Assembly (NCBI GenBank): GCA_033764015.1
Contig: JANRJK010000048.1
Span: 1-62,702 of the forward strand
DNA: 62,702 nt
Source: Candidatus Sumerlaeia bacterium
GTDB lineage: Bacteria > Sumerlaeota > Sumerlaeia > SLMS01 > JANRJK01
Direction: 5' to 3'
The notes under the pieces are model-generated. The model worked only from the letters and a program-made list of their open reading frames with translations. It had not been told where the DNA came from and ran no database searches. How positions within the stretch are numbered: the stretch's first letter is position 1; each line of letters opens with the position of its first letter. Made by a program: the position numbers and the translations under genes. Of this stretch, positions 19,468 through 28,932 are shown piece after piece.

Positions 19468-20262
19468 TCAGCCCATCGAGCGGCGCAGCTCCTCCATGGC
19501 GGCGGCTTCGCGCTTCGCGTGCACCAGGTGCGACACGACCAGCCAGGCCCCCGACCCCGCCAGCAGCAGCAGGCCCAGCGCGTGGGCCGCGTGCCACACC
19601 CGGTTCGCCGGCGCCACGATCTCGTAGTCCGTCACGAAGATCGTCTCGCAAGCGCCGTTGCCGTCGTCCGTGCGGATGGTGCTGGTCCCGCGGTGGAAGC
19701 CTCCGCCGTGGGAGTACTCGCACAGGTAGCCCGATAGCCGCACCTGGTCGCCGCGCCGCGTCGACATGATCGCCCGGCGGATTGCCGCGTTCGATGGCAG
19801 CACGTGGTTGTTCGAGAGCTGGTCCGGCCGGAACGCCTGCCAGTCCTCCGGCCCCGTGCCGCGCTTGAACTGGCAGTAGCAGGTGAAGCTCAGGTTCTTG
19901 AAGGACATCTTGCGGTAGACGTCCTTGGCGAGGTTGTCGCCCCAGACCACGCACAGGTCCTTCACATTCAGCGAGTCGCCCCACTTCTTGTGGTAGATGT
20001 TCCACCAGGCGTCCGCTTCGGATTCGCTGACCACCAGCCCGGTGAGCTCGTAGTCGAAGAGCGGCTTGATCGTGTAGACCGTGCCGCCGGCCTCGTGCTG
20101 GAAGGGCTCCATGGGCGGGCGCTGCGCCGTCTGCACCGGATCCGCCAGGATGAACGACAGCATCGACTCCGGCGGCGGCAGGCGGTCGCCGTTCCACCAC
20201 CCCGCGATGAGCAGGGCGGCGCCGACGCCGGCCGCGGCCTTGAGGATCATGCCCGTTTCCAT
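19468..20262 (-). CDS. Hypothetical membrane protein (N- and C-terminal TM helices, Cys-containing soluble domain)
   Basis: Coding bias; conserved-looking motifs 'DLCVVWG.N', 'SNNHVLP', 'GDQVRLSGYL', 'TS..RTDDGNGACE'. Confidence 0.75.
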   Translation of the reverse strand: METGMILKAAAGVGAALLIAGWWNGDRLPPPESMLSFILADPVQTAQRPPMEPFQHEAGGTVYTIKPLFDYELTGLVVSESEADAWWNIYHKKWGDSLNVKDLCVVWGDNLAKDVYRKMSFKNLSFTCYCQFKRGTGPEDWQAFRPDQLSNNHVLPSNAAIRRAIMSTRRGDQVRLSGYLCEYSHGGGFHRGTSTIRTDDGNGACETIFVTDYEIVAPANRVWHAAHALGLLLLAGSGAWLVVSHLVHAKREAAAMEELRRSMG

Positions 20263-20310
20263 GCTCCGCTTATGCGGCGGCGCGCCCGCCGCCGTCCAGC
20301 GGAAGCCGCG

Positions 20311-23300
20311 TCACGGCTCCGCCAGCCGCTCCGAGAGCGGCGGCTTCCGAAGCGCGGCGGGCATCCTGCCGAACGCCTCGCGCGCGCCCTCCAAGTCGCC
20401 GGATTCGAGCCGGCCCCAAGCCACCGCCTGCAGCACCATCGGATCGGCGCCCGAACCCTCGGCGAGCGGTTCGAGCAGCGCGAGGCCTTCGCGGAGGAAC
20501 GGCGCCGCGTCGCCGCCCGCCGCCGCCTCGATGCGCCCGCGGAGCACGAGTTGCTGGCCGCAGCGCCGCTGCTGCGCGGCGTCGTCCGGAGCGGCGGCGA
20601 GCGCGGGGCGCACGATCGCAAGCGCCGCGTCGCTGTGGTCCCGCGCGGCGTCGAAGCGCCCGAGCCGCAGGTTCGATTCCGCGCCGGCGAAGAGGCACCG
20701 CGTCAGGTTCGCCCCGCCGGGATCGAGCTGGGGCCCCTCGCGCTGGACGCGTTCGTAAAGCGCGCGCGCCTCCGCGAAGAGCGCCGGAAGCGGCTCGTCG
20801 TCGCCGTCGATCTCGTAGCCGCTCGCGAGGTTCATCAGCAGATTCGCCTCTTGGAAAACATTCTTGAGCGGGCGGCCCTCTTCGGGGATCGCGCGATAGT
20901 GTTCGATCGCCTCGGAGAACGCGGCGCGCACCTCATCCGCGCGGCCCATGCGCAGGGCGATGGCGCCGGCCTCGTTGGCGAGGGAGGCCGCCAACTCGCG
21001 CAGCGGGGGATCGGCCGGGAAATCCACGATCTTCGCGCGGAGGAGCTCCTGGGCATCCTTCCGGATCGCGAGCGCGCCGGCGATGTCCCCCAGCTTGGAG
21101 ACCGTGCGCGAGAGGGATATCGACGCGGCGATGCGCTCGCGGAACCACGGCAGGTTGTCGGGGCTTCGCTCGAGCAGCCGATCGAGCAGCGCGATCTGCT
21201 CCACCAGCCGCGCCTTCGCCTCCGCGTGTTCGCCGAGGGCGTCGTGCAACGTGACCAGGCCCTCGATGGCGACGCCGAGTTCCTTCTGGAGCTCGAAGTT
21301 GTCGGGCGATGCCTCCGCGAGGGGGAGGTAGACCTCGTGCGCCCGCCGCAGCACCGGCCCGGCAGCGGCGGTGTCTTCGCGCCGGATCAGGAAGCGCCCG
21401 TAGCGGTAGCAGGTGGTGCCGAGGAACCGCGCCGTGTCGCGGTCCGGCGGGTCCGCGGCGGCGTAGGCTCCTTCGAGTACCTCGAGCGCCTCGCGGTAGG
21501 TCTTGTCGGCGAGCTCGATCTGGCCGAGGTCCTCCTGCAGGCGGGCTCGGTTCTGGGCGAGGGCGCCGAGGGCGGGCAGGTAGCGCACGTCGGGCATGCC
21601 GAGGTCGCGCATGTCGGCGAGCACTTCAGCATAGGCGTCCCACTTGGCCAGCACCTCCTCCGGCGGGGCGAGATCGCGGGAGAGCGCGGCCTCCCAACTC
21701 TTCGACGCGAGCAGGTCGTTCAGCATGCCCACCTCGCGGACGCCTTCGGCGCGCAGGACTTCCAGGCGCGCGCTGTCCTCCGCCGCCGTCTGGAGCGCGA
21801 GGTCCCGGCGTCCGCGCGCAAAGTGGATCTGCAGGAAAATGCCCGATAGGATCGAGCGGGTGCGGGTCGCGTCGACGCGGTGCTGGGGAGAGGCTGCGGC
21901 GGCGCCGGCGGCGGCCTCCGCGGCGAACGCCGCGGTCTCGGCGTCGTCCAGCCGCCCCTGCGTCCGCAGCAGGTCCGCCAGCGTGTAGGCGCCCTGCGCG
22001 TAGGTGAGCAGCTCCTCCGGCCCTAGCGTGTCCGTCGTCTGCCCCGTGTAGTAGGACAGCGCCTCCGTGGCGGCGGCATCCAGCAGCTCGAGCTTGGGGT
22101 CGCGCGGCGCAAGCTTCTCGCGCAGGTCGCCGAGCATGAAGCGGGCGAGCTGCTCCGCGTCGGCGCGGGCGAGGCGTTCCTTCGCCCGGGCCGCGGCCTC
22201 CGACTCGCGGGCGGACTCCGCCGAGAGGCGGGCCGCCTCCGCGCGGTCGCGCTGCTCCGAGAGGCGCGTGTTGTAGAACAAGGTCCCCGCCACCAGCAGC
22301 GCCAGCATCGCAATGGCGGCCGCGGTCGCCGCGCGCCGCTGCGCACCCTGGCGCCGCAGCGAGGCCTCCGCCGAGTCGATGCGCGCGGCCAGCGACGCGC
22401 GTTCCGGCGTCTCCGGCAACCGCTCCGACTGCACGCGCGCCAGGCCGAGGTCGCCCTTCCGGAGCGCCGCCTCCGCGTACAGCGCCAGCCCCCGCTCCTC
22501 CGCCCCGCGCGCCGACGGGCACTCCGCCCACAGCGCGCGCGCCTGCGCCGCCAGCGAGATCGCCTCGCCGAGCACAAGGTACGACGAGGCCGCCTCGTCG
22601 AGCCGCTGCGACGCCGTGCGGGCCAGCTCCTCCGCCTGTCGGCGCCGGCTCGCGCCGGAAATGTAGTCGCGCAGCGCGACCAGCAGCGCGCCCGCCGATT
22701 CGTGGCGCTGCGAAGGCTCCTTCGCGAGCGCCTTCAGGCAGATGCGCTCCAGCTCGGAGGGCACCTCGCGGCCCTTCGCGCGCTTCGCGGGCGACTCCAC
22801 GGCCCCGTCTTCCGCCAGCTTCATCGCCATGATCGACGTCGGCGCGTCGTGCGGCGGACGCCCGGTCAGCAGCAGGTACAGGATCCCGCCGAGCAGGAAA
22901 ACGTCGGTCCACGGTCCCACGCCGGAGGCGTCGTTGCGGGTCTGCTCCGGAGCCATGAAGACCGGCGTGCCCGCGGGGCTCGAGGCGGACTCCCGCCCGG
23001 GGATGACGCGCGCGAAGTCCGTCGACTGCCTCCCCTCGCCGAACGCCATCGCGAGGCCCCAGTCCATCAGCAGCACCTCGCCGAACTCCCCCGTCATCAC
23101 CTGCGAAGGCTTCAGGTCCCGGTGCACCACGCCGCGCGAGTGCGCGAACGCGACCGCCTGCGCGGTGGCCATCAGGATGGGCAGGTGCGCGCCGAGGAAC
23201 TCCGCCACCGGCAGCCGCGGGAAGTCCTCCTCGATCTGCGCCGCCCAGGTGCGCCCGCGCACCATCTTCATCGCGATCACCGGGCGCCCGGCGCTGTCCG

Positions 23301-23715
23301 CCCCGAGGTCGTGCACCGGCACGATGTTCGGATGCTCGAGCTGCGCCGCCGTCAGCGCCTCCTGGCGGAACTCGACCTCCGTCGATCCGCCCCGGTTCAC
23401 CACCTCCGCGCGGAGCCGCTTCACCGCGACGATGCGGCCGATGGACGCCTGCGTGGCCTCCCAGACCTCGCCGAAGCCGCCGCGCGCGATCAGCCGATGA
23501 AGCACGTAGGCGCCCGCCTCCGGCGTCGGCGTCGGCGTCGACGGCCGCCCCGCCCCCTCCGTCAGCGCGTCCGCGTCTACCGAGCTGTCCAGCACGCTCA
23601 GCAGACCAAGCGGCACGTTCCCCGGCAGCGTGGGAGTGTCGACGCTGTTCCAGGCGGCGTGGGTCTCGAACGTGTCGGAAGGGTTCGCCGGAAGGGCGCT
23701 TTCGGGAAGGGACAT
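20311..23715 (-). CDS. Hanks-type Ser/Thr protein kinase with TM segment and C-terminal TPR region
   Basis: 'RGGFGEV', 'VAVK', 'HPNIV', 'HRDLKPSQ', 'DWGLA', 'GTPVFMAPEQ', 'DVFLLG', a hydrophobic helix, then TPR-like helices. Confidence 0.92.
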   Translation of the reverse strand: MSLPESALPANPSDTFETHAAWNSVDTPTLPGNVPLGLLSVLDSSVDADALTEGAGRPSTPTPTPEAGAYVLHRLIARGGFGEVWEATQASIGRIVAVKRLRAEVVNRGGSTEVEFRQEALTAAQLEHPNIVPVHDLGADSAGRPVIAMKMVRGRTWAAQIEEDFPRLPVAEFLGAHLPILMATAQAVAFAHSRGVVHRDLKPSQVMTGEFGEVLLMDWGLAMAFGEGRQSTDFARVIPGRESASSPAGTPVFMAPEQTRNDASGVGPWTDVFLLGGILYLLLTGRPPHDAPTSIMAMKLAEDGAVESPAKRAKGREVPSELERICLKALAKEPSQRHESAGALLVALRDYISGASRRRQAEELARTASQRLDEAASSYLVLGEAISLAAQARALWAECPSARGAEERGLALYAEAALRKGDLGLARVQSERLPETPERASLAARIDSAEASLRRQGAQRRAATAAAIAMLALLVAGTLFYNTRLSEQRDRAEAARLSAESARESEAAARAKERLARADAEQLARFMLGDLREKLAPRDPKLELLDAAATEALSYYTGQTTDTLGPEELLTYAQGAYTLADLLRTQGRLDDAETAAFAAEAAAGAAAASPQHRVDATRTRSILSGIFLQIHFARGRRDLALQTAAEDSARLEVLRAEGVREVGMLNDLLASKSWEAALSRDLAPPEEVLAKWDAYAEVLADMRDLGMPDVRYLPALGALAQNRARLQEDLGQIELADKTYREALEVLEGAYAAADPPDRDTARFLGTTCYRYGRFLIRREDTAAAGPVLRRAHEVYLPLAEASPDNFELQKELGVAIEGLVTLHDALGEHAEAKARLVEQIALLDRLLERSPDNLPWFRERIAASISLSRTVSKLGDIAGALAIRKDAQELLRAKIVDFPADPPLRELAASLANEAGAIALRMGRADEVRAAFSEAIEHYRAIPEEGRPLKNVFQEANLLMNLASGYEIDGDDEPLPALFAEARALYERVQREGPQLDPGGANLTRCLFAGAESNLRLGRFDAARDHSDAALAIVRPALAAAPDDAAQQRRCGQQLVLRGRIEAAAGGDAAPFLREGLALLEPLAEGSGADPMVLQAVAWGRLESGDLEGAREAFGRMPAALRKPPLSERLAEP

Positions 23716-23743
23716 CGCGTGGCCTCTTGTCTTGTGGAGCCCC

Positions 23744-23772
23744 ATTCAACGCCCGCCGCGGGGGCCGGTCAA
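23744..23772 (-). promoter_or_regulatory. Putative promoter of the Ser/Thr kinase gene
   Basis: Minus-strand TTGACC, 17-nt spacer, TTGAAT. Confidence 0.5.
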
Positions 23773-23859
23773 GGCGCGCCGCCGATTCTGCGCTCGCGCC
23801 AAGCCCCCCCGCGTGCTCCCATTGCGCTCCCGCGCGACCGGCGCGGACGAGGTCCTCCG

Positions 23860-24849
23860 TTGCGCAAGGCCGCCGCCGCTCTGCTTTCCCTCGCCATCGC
23901 CCTCGCGGCGGGCGCACAGGACGCCGCCCCGCGCGGCGGCACCATGGAGGAGTCCGCCGCCTTCGTGGACGGCCGCCTCGTCACCGCCCGCGACCTCAAC
24001 TACGCGGTGTTCGAGCTCCGCCTAGGCGACCCCGTCTTCGAGACGATCCCCGACGAGACGCTCCGCCGCACCGCGCTCGCGGAGGCGGTGGACGAGGCGC
24101 TCCTCGTCCGCTGGGCCGAGACCGTCATCACCGACTATCCCGCGGAGGCCGTGCGAAGGGTCGCCGACGAGCAGTTCGCCCAGTACCTGCAGTGGGCAGG
24201 CTCCGAGGAGCTGCTCGAGTTGCGGCTCGCGGAGGCGGGGCTCTCGATGCGCGGATTGCGGCAGTACAACGAAACGCGCGCCCGCGGCGTGTTCCTGGTG
24301 CGGCTGGCGCTCGCGGCGACCATGGGGCCCGACGCGCTCCCCCCGGAGGACGACTCGCCCTCGCGCGCCACGCGGGTGCGCCTCGCCGCGATCCACTTCG
24401 TCCCCAAGGGCCGCGACGAGCGCGCCCGCCTCGAAGCCCAGGAACGCGCCCTCATGGCTCGGCGCGAGATCGTCTCCGGCTTCCCCTTCGCCCGCGCGGC
24501 CCAGCTCTACAGCGACGATCCGGCGTCCGGCGTCCGCGGCGGCGACGCCGGCTGGATGGACGCCTCCGCGCTCGCGCCCGAGCTCCGCGAGCGACTCGGC
24601 GCGCTCCGCGACGCCACCTCCAGCGACCCCGTCTTCCTCGGCGGAGCGTGGCAGCTCGTCCGCCTGCTCGACTACGACACGGAAGAGCGCCGCGCATGGC
24701 GCGAGCGGTACGCCGCGGGTCGCGAGGCGCGCCTGCTCGAGCTTCGCGCGAACCGGCCCGTGCGCTTCGGCCCGGGCTACGGCGACGCTTGGAAGGAAAG
24801 GCTCCGGCGCGGCGCCGAGGAGGCCAGCGCCAGCAGCACCCAGAAGTAG
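23860..24849 (+). CDS. SurA/PrsA-like parvulin (PpiC) peptidyl-prolyl isomerase
   Basis: TTG start after GAGG, signal peptide, SurA-N-like 'AFVDGRLVT', 'FARAAQLYSDD..S..RGGDAGW', 'SDPV....WQLVRL'. Confidence 0.8.
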   Translation: MRKAAAALLSLAIALAAGAQDAAPRGGTMEESAAFVDGRLVTARDLNYAVFELRLGDPVFETIPDETLRRTALAEAVDEALLVRWAETVITDYPAEAVRRVADEQFAQYLQWAGSEELLELRLAEAGLSMRGLRQYNETRARGVFLVRLALAATMGPDALPPEDDSPSRATRVRLAAIHFVPKGRDERARLEAQERALMARREIVSGFPFARAAQLYSDDPASGVRGGDAGWMDASALAPELRERLGALRDATSSDPVFLGGAWQLVRLLDYDTEERRAWRERYAAGREARLLELRANRPVRFGPGYGDAWKERLRRGAEEASASSTQK

Positions 24850-26162
24850 AACGCGATCCGGTCCTTGTGGAAGTTGAACACGAGGCCGAAGAGCAGCAGC
24901 CCGCCGATCCCCGCGAGCGCGGCCCACGTCCACAGCCGCTGCTCGTCGAGGTCGGCCAGCGAGCGCACCCACTGGAGCGGGCGCGACGCGAGCGCCCGGC
25001 CCAGCGCCATGCCGATGGCCGCGGCGAACGCCAGCGCGCCGAGCACGCCCGACTCGGCGAGCTGCTGCAGATACACGCTGTGCAGGTCCGTCTGCTCCTT
25101 GTGGTTGAAGAGCGGGTAGTCGCGGCGCGCGGCGGGCGACTTGAAGATGTCCGGGCCGTAGCCGATCCCTAGCAGCGGACGGTCGCGGATCGCCTCGATG
25201 CCCGTGGCCCAGAGCTCGGGGCGCTCGCTGAGGAACGTGTGCGGGTTCGCCGCGTCCCGCAGCGTTGCCGTCACCCGGTTGCCGATGAAGGGGAAGGCGG
25301 CCGCGCCGGCGAGCAGCAGCGCCGCCAGCCCCGCGAACAGCAGGCGGCGGTGCTGCGCGGCGACCGCGCCGAGCGCCAGCGCCGCCGCCACCCATCCCGC
25401 GCGCGTCTGCGTCAGCAGCAGCGCGATCAGCAGCCCGCCGAGCGCCGCACCGAGGCCCAGCGCCAAGCCCCGCCGTCCGCGGCGCCACTCCACCAGCGAG
25501 ACCGCCAGCAGCAGCGGCGACGCCAGTGTCGCGAAGAGCGCGAGCCGCCCGTAGCTGTCGAAGGGCCCCACCGCGCGCAGGTACGGGCGTCCGAGCGAAT
25601 CGAAGTGCCGCTCCGCCCAGTCGCCCGTGGCGAAGCCCGCCAGCGACACCACGGCGACAAGCACCGCCGCCGCCGCGAAGCCGCGCGCCAGCAGCCCGCG
25701 CCGCGCCGGGTCCTCGCAGAGCCAGAGGTGCGTCGCCGCGAAGAGCGCCAGCAGCGGCGCCATGCCGAGGCACCACGCCGCGAGGCTCGCCGAGGGGGCG
25801 ATGGACTGCGCCGCGCTCGCCAACGTCGCCGCCGCCAGCGCCAGGAGCGCCCAGCGCAGCCCCCCGAGCGGCGCGGTGTCCATCCCGCCGCGCCAGACCG
25901 CCAGCAGGGCCGCCAGCGGCACCAGCGCCGCGCACGCGACGCGCCCCGCCAGCGTTCCGTCCTCGAACGGCAGGAGCAGCAGCAGCGCCGGCAGCGCCCC
26001 CGCCAGCGTCCACCGCGCGAACGCCCCCGCGTCGCGCCGGACCAGCGCGTCGGTGGCTGCTTTCAGGGGCTGTCTCGGATCCAAGCGTCGCTCGCGGCGG
26101 AATGGGCTCGCGGGCGGTTCCCGCTTACCCGCAAGAATCGAAAGCGTCAGAACCGTGCGCAA
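24777..26162 (-). CDS. O-antigen ligase (WaaL/Wzy_C) family protein
   Basis: Multi-TM; 'LTQTRAGW', 'ERPELW', 'PLLGIGYG', 'HSVYLQQLAESGVLG'. True start probably lies downstream of 26162. Confidence 0.85.
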   Translation of the reverse strand: MRTVLTLSILAGKREPPASPFRRERRLDPRQPLKAATDALVRRDAGAFARWTLAGALPALLLLLPFEDGTLAGRVACAALVPLAALLAVWRGGMDTAPLGGLRWALLALAAATLASAAQSIAPSASLAAWCLGMAPLLALFAATHLWLCEDPARRGLLARGFAAAAVLVAVVSLAGFATGDWAERHFDSLGRPYLRAVGPFDSYGRLALFATLASPLLLAVSLVEWRRGRRGLALGLGAALGGLLIALLLTQTRAGWVAAALALGAVAAQHRRLLFAGLAALLLAGAAAFPFIGNRVTATLRDAANPHTFLSERPELWATGIEAIRDRPLLGIGYGPDIFKSPAARRDYPLFNHKEQTDLHSVYLQQLAESGVLGALAFAAAIGMALGRALASRPLQWVRSLADLDEQRLWTWAALAGIGGLLLFGLVFNFHKDRIAFYFWVLLALASSAPRRSLSFQASP

Positions 26163-26185
26163 CGAAAGCCGGACCCGCCCCCCCA

Positions 26186-27337
26186 GTGACCACCTTCGCC
26201 GACCTGCCGCTCGACCAGATCCGCACCGACTGCCGCCACTACAACGGCTACAAGCCGTGCGGAAAGGCGGACGCCTGCCCCGGCTGCGGCCACTACGCGC
26301 CCCGCGGCGGACAGATCCTCGTCATCAAGCTCGGCGCCATGGGCGACGTGCTCCGCACCAAGTCGCTCCTACCCGCGCTCAAGGCCGCCCATCCGGACTC
26401 CTGGATCGCCTGGCTCACCAACCCCGGCAGCGAGCCCATCGTCCGCGATCCGCTCGTCGACGAAATCCGCGCCTTCACACCGGAGGGCATCGGCGCGCTC
26501 GAGGGCAGGCGCTTCCGCCTCCTGCTCTGCTTCGACAAGGACGCGCACGCGGTCGCCCTCTCCGCCCGCCTCGACGCGGAGGAGCGGCGCGGCTTCGCTC
26601 CGACGCCCTACAACACCGCGACCGTCTGGAGCCACGGCAGCATCGAAGCCCTCCGCCTTGGCCTCAGCGACGACTTCAAGTTCCGCGTGAACAGCAAGAG
26701 CGTCCCCCGCATCGTGCACGACATGGCGGAGCTGCCCTACTCCGGCGCCGGCTACGGCCTCGCGGTGCCGGAGCGCTCCCGCGCGCGCGCCGCGGAGCTG
26801 TGGGCGCGCCTCGGCCTCCCCGCGGACGCGGCCCCGGTGGGCCTCAACACCGGCTGCGGCCCGGTCTTCGCCACGAAGCAGTGGCCGCTCGGGAACATGG
26901 TTGACTTTGTCAAGCAAGCCGCCTCGCGTCCCGGTCCGCCGGTGCTCCTGCTCGGGGGCCCCCGCGAGCGCCCGCTCCACGCCGCGATCCTCGACGCCGC
27001 CCGCGGCCTCCCGGCGGGGCGCGTGCTCGACGCCGGCAACGACCACCCGCTCGAGGACTTCTTCGCCGTCGTCGAGCGCTGCGCCGCCGTCGTGACCACC
27101 GACTCGCTCGCCATGCACGCGGCCATCGCGCTCCGCCGACCGGTCGTCGTCTTCTTCGGCCCCACCTGCGAGCAGGAGGTCGACCTTTTCGGCCTCGGCG
27201 AGAAGCTCGTCACGGACTTCCCCTGCGCGCCCTGCTACCGCAAGGAGTGCCCCATGCCGGTGTTCTGCCTGTCGCGGCTCGCGGGCGCCGAGGTCCTCGC
27301 CGCGGTCGAGCGCGTCCTCGCGGCCCGCCCCGCGTGA
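26186..27337 (+). CDS. Glycosyltransferase family 9 (heptosyltransferase-like)
   Basis: 'ILVIKLGAMGDVLRT', 'KQWP', 'LLGGPRE', 'TTDSLAMH.A.AL', 'FFGPT'. GTG start at 26186. Confidence 0.9.
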   Translation: MTTFADLPLDQIRTDCRHYNGYKPCGKADACPGCGHYAPRGGQILVIKLGAMGDVLRTKSLLPALKAAHPDSWIAWLTNPGSEPIVRDPLVDEIRAFTPEGIGALEGRRFRLLLCFDKDAHAVALSARLDAEERRGFAPTPYNTATVWSHGSIEALRLGLSDDFKFRVNSKSVPRIVHDMAELPYSGAGYGLAVPERSRARAAELWARLGLPADAAPVGLNTGCGPVFATKQWPLGNMVDFVKQAASRPGPPVLLLGGPRERPLHAAILDAARGLPAGRVLDAGNDHPLEDFFAVVERCAAVVTTDSLAMHAAIALRRPVVVFFGPTCEQEVDLFGLGEKLVTDFPCAPCYRKECPMPVFCLSRLAGAEVLAAVERVLAARPA

Positions 27338-28932
27338 CCGGCGGCGAGCTGGACGCCCGCCTCGAGCGCCGCGTCACCGCCCTGGTCCGCGTGCTGCTCC
27401 TGGTGCTGGCGCTGGCCCACCTGTGGGGCGCGTTCCCGGCCTTCCGCTACGCGGCCAACGCCGTCGCCTTCCCCTATTCGCTCGACCGCGAGGAGGGCTA
27501 CCTGGCGGCGCAGGCGCGCGCGGTTGGCGAGGGCCACACGATCTATCCACCGATCGCCAACCGCCCCTGGCTCGTGGGCAACTACCCGCCGACCTATCCG
27601 ATCGGGACCGCGGCGCTCGCCTCCGCGACGGGAAGCGAACTCGCCGCGGGGCGCGCGCTCTCGCTCCTCTCCGCGCTCGCGGCCCTCTCCCTGCTCGGCG
27701 CCGCCGTCTGGCGCGCGACGCGGCAGGCCGAGCTGGCGCTCCTCGCGGCGGGCCACGCGGCGGCGAGCTGGGACTGGATGTCGTGGCTGCCATACGCGCG
27801 CGTGGACTTCCTCGCGGTGGGCCTGGCGATGGGAGGTCTCGCGGCGTTCCTGTCCGCCCCCGCGCGGACGCGGGCCACGCTCGCGGGCGTGCTGTTTTGC
27901 GCGGCCTTCTTCGCGAAGCAAACGCAGCTCGCCGCCCCCGCCGCCGTGATGGTGGCGATGCTCGCGGCGGGCGACCGGCGCGGCGCCTTCCGATTCGCAG
28001 CGGGCACCGCGGGCGCCGCGCTGGCGCTCCTCGGGGTCCTCGTGGCCATCACCGGCGGCGAGGCGTGGCGCCACCTGGTCGAGTACAACCGCAACGAGTT
28101 CACCCTCGCGCAGGTGCGCGTGTGGCTGCGGCACTGGCTCTTCTTCGAGGGCGCCGCCATGGCCGCGCTCCTGGTCGCCATGGCCGGCATCGCCGCGCGC
28201 GGACGCTGCGAACCCAGCGACCCCGCCCCGCAGCCGTCCGACCCCGCCACCACCGTGCTGCTCGCCTACGGCGTCCTCGCGGCCCTCACCTTCGCCGCCG
28301 CGGGCAAGGCCGGCGCCGCGGAGAACTACCTCATCGAACCGCAGCTCGGGCTCGGCGCCCTGCTCGCCCTCGCGCTGCACCGCCTCTGCCTGCCGCTCGA
28401 GCCCGGCTCGCCCCGCTGGCTCCGCGCGCTCAACCCCGCCGCCCTGCTGCTCGTGTTCCTGCTCCTCCTCGGCAAGTCGATCCCGAGCGAGCGCCCGGGC
28501 CCCTTGTCGCCGCTCTCCTTCTCCCAGCGCTGGGCGACGCTCGGCCGCGGCGCCGCGCCGGATCCGCTCCTGTCGGAGGCGGGCGCCCGCGCCGAGCTGG
28601 CGGTCCGCGCCGCCGACGGCGAGGTGCTCTCCGAGGACGCGGTCCTGCTGCTCCGCGCGGGGCGTCCCGTCTTCTACCAGCCGTTCATCATGAGCCAGCT
28701 CGCCCGCGAGGGCGTCTGGGACTCCTCCGCCTTCGACGGCGCCCTGTGGGAGGGGCGCTTCGCGCTGGTCGTCGCGACGCAGGACCTCGCCACGGAGGAG
28801 TTCCTCCTCGGCTTCACCGAGATGGCGCGCACGGCGATCCTGTCGCGCTACCGCCTCGTCGACGCGTTCGCCGTCGGACGCACGCGCTACTTCCTTTGGG
28901 AGCCGCGCCCGGAGGGCGAAGCCCCATGGTGA
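27334..28932 (+). CDS. Polytopic GT-C-type glycosyltransferase (ArnT/PMT-like)
   Basis: 'YSLDREEG', 'NYPP.YP', 'GR.LS', 'RVD', 'FAKQ', many TM helices. GTGA overlap with the GT9 stop. Confidence 0.7.
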   Translation: MTGGELDARLERRVTALVRVLLLVLALAHLWGAFPAFRYAANAVAFPYSLDREEGYLAAQARAVGEGHTIYPPIANRPWLVGNYPPTYPIGTAALASATGSELAAGRALSLLSALAALSLLGAAVWRATRQAELALLAAGHAAASWDWMSWLPYARVDFLAVGLAMGGLAAFLSAPARTRATLAGVLFCAAFFAKQTQLAAPAAVMVAMLAAGDRRGAFRFAAGTAGAALALLGVLVAITGGEAWRHLVEYNRNEFTLAQVRVWLRHWLFFEGAAMAALLVAMAGIAARGRCEPSDPAPQPSDPATTVLLAYGVLAALTFAAAGKAGAAENYLIEPQLGLGALLALALHRLCLPLEPGSPRWLRALNPAALLLVFLLLLGKSIPSERPGPLSPLSFSQRWATLGRGAAPDPLLSEAGARAELAVRAADGEVLSEDAVLLLRAGRPVFYQPFIMSQLAREGVWDSSAFDGALWEGRFALVVATQDLATEEFLLGFTEMARTAILSRYRLVDAFAVGRTRYFLWEPRPEGEAPW

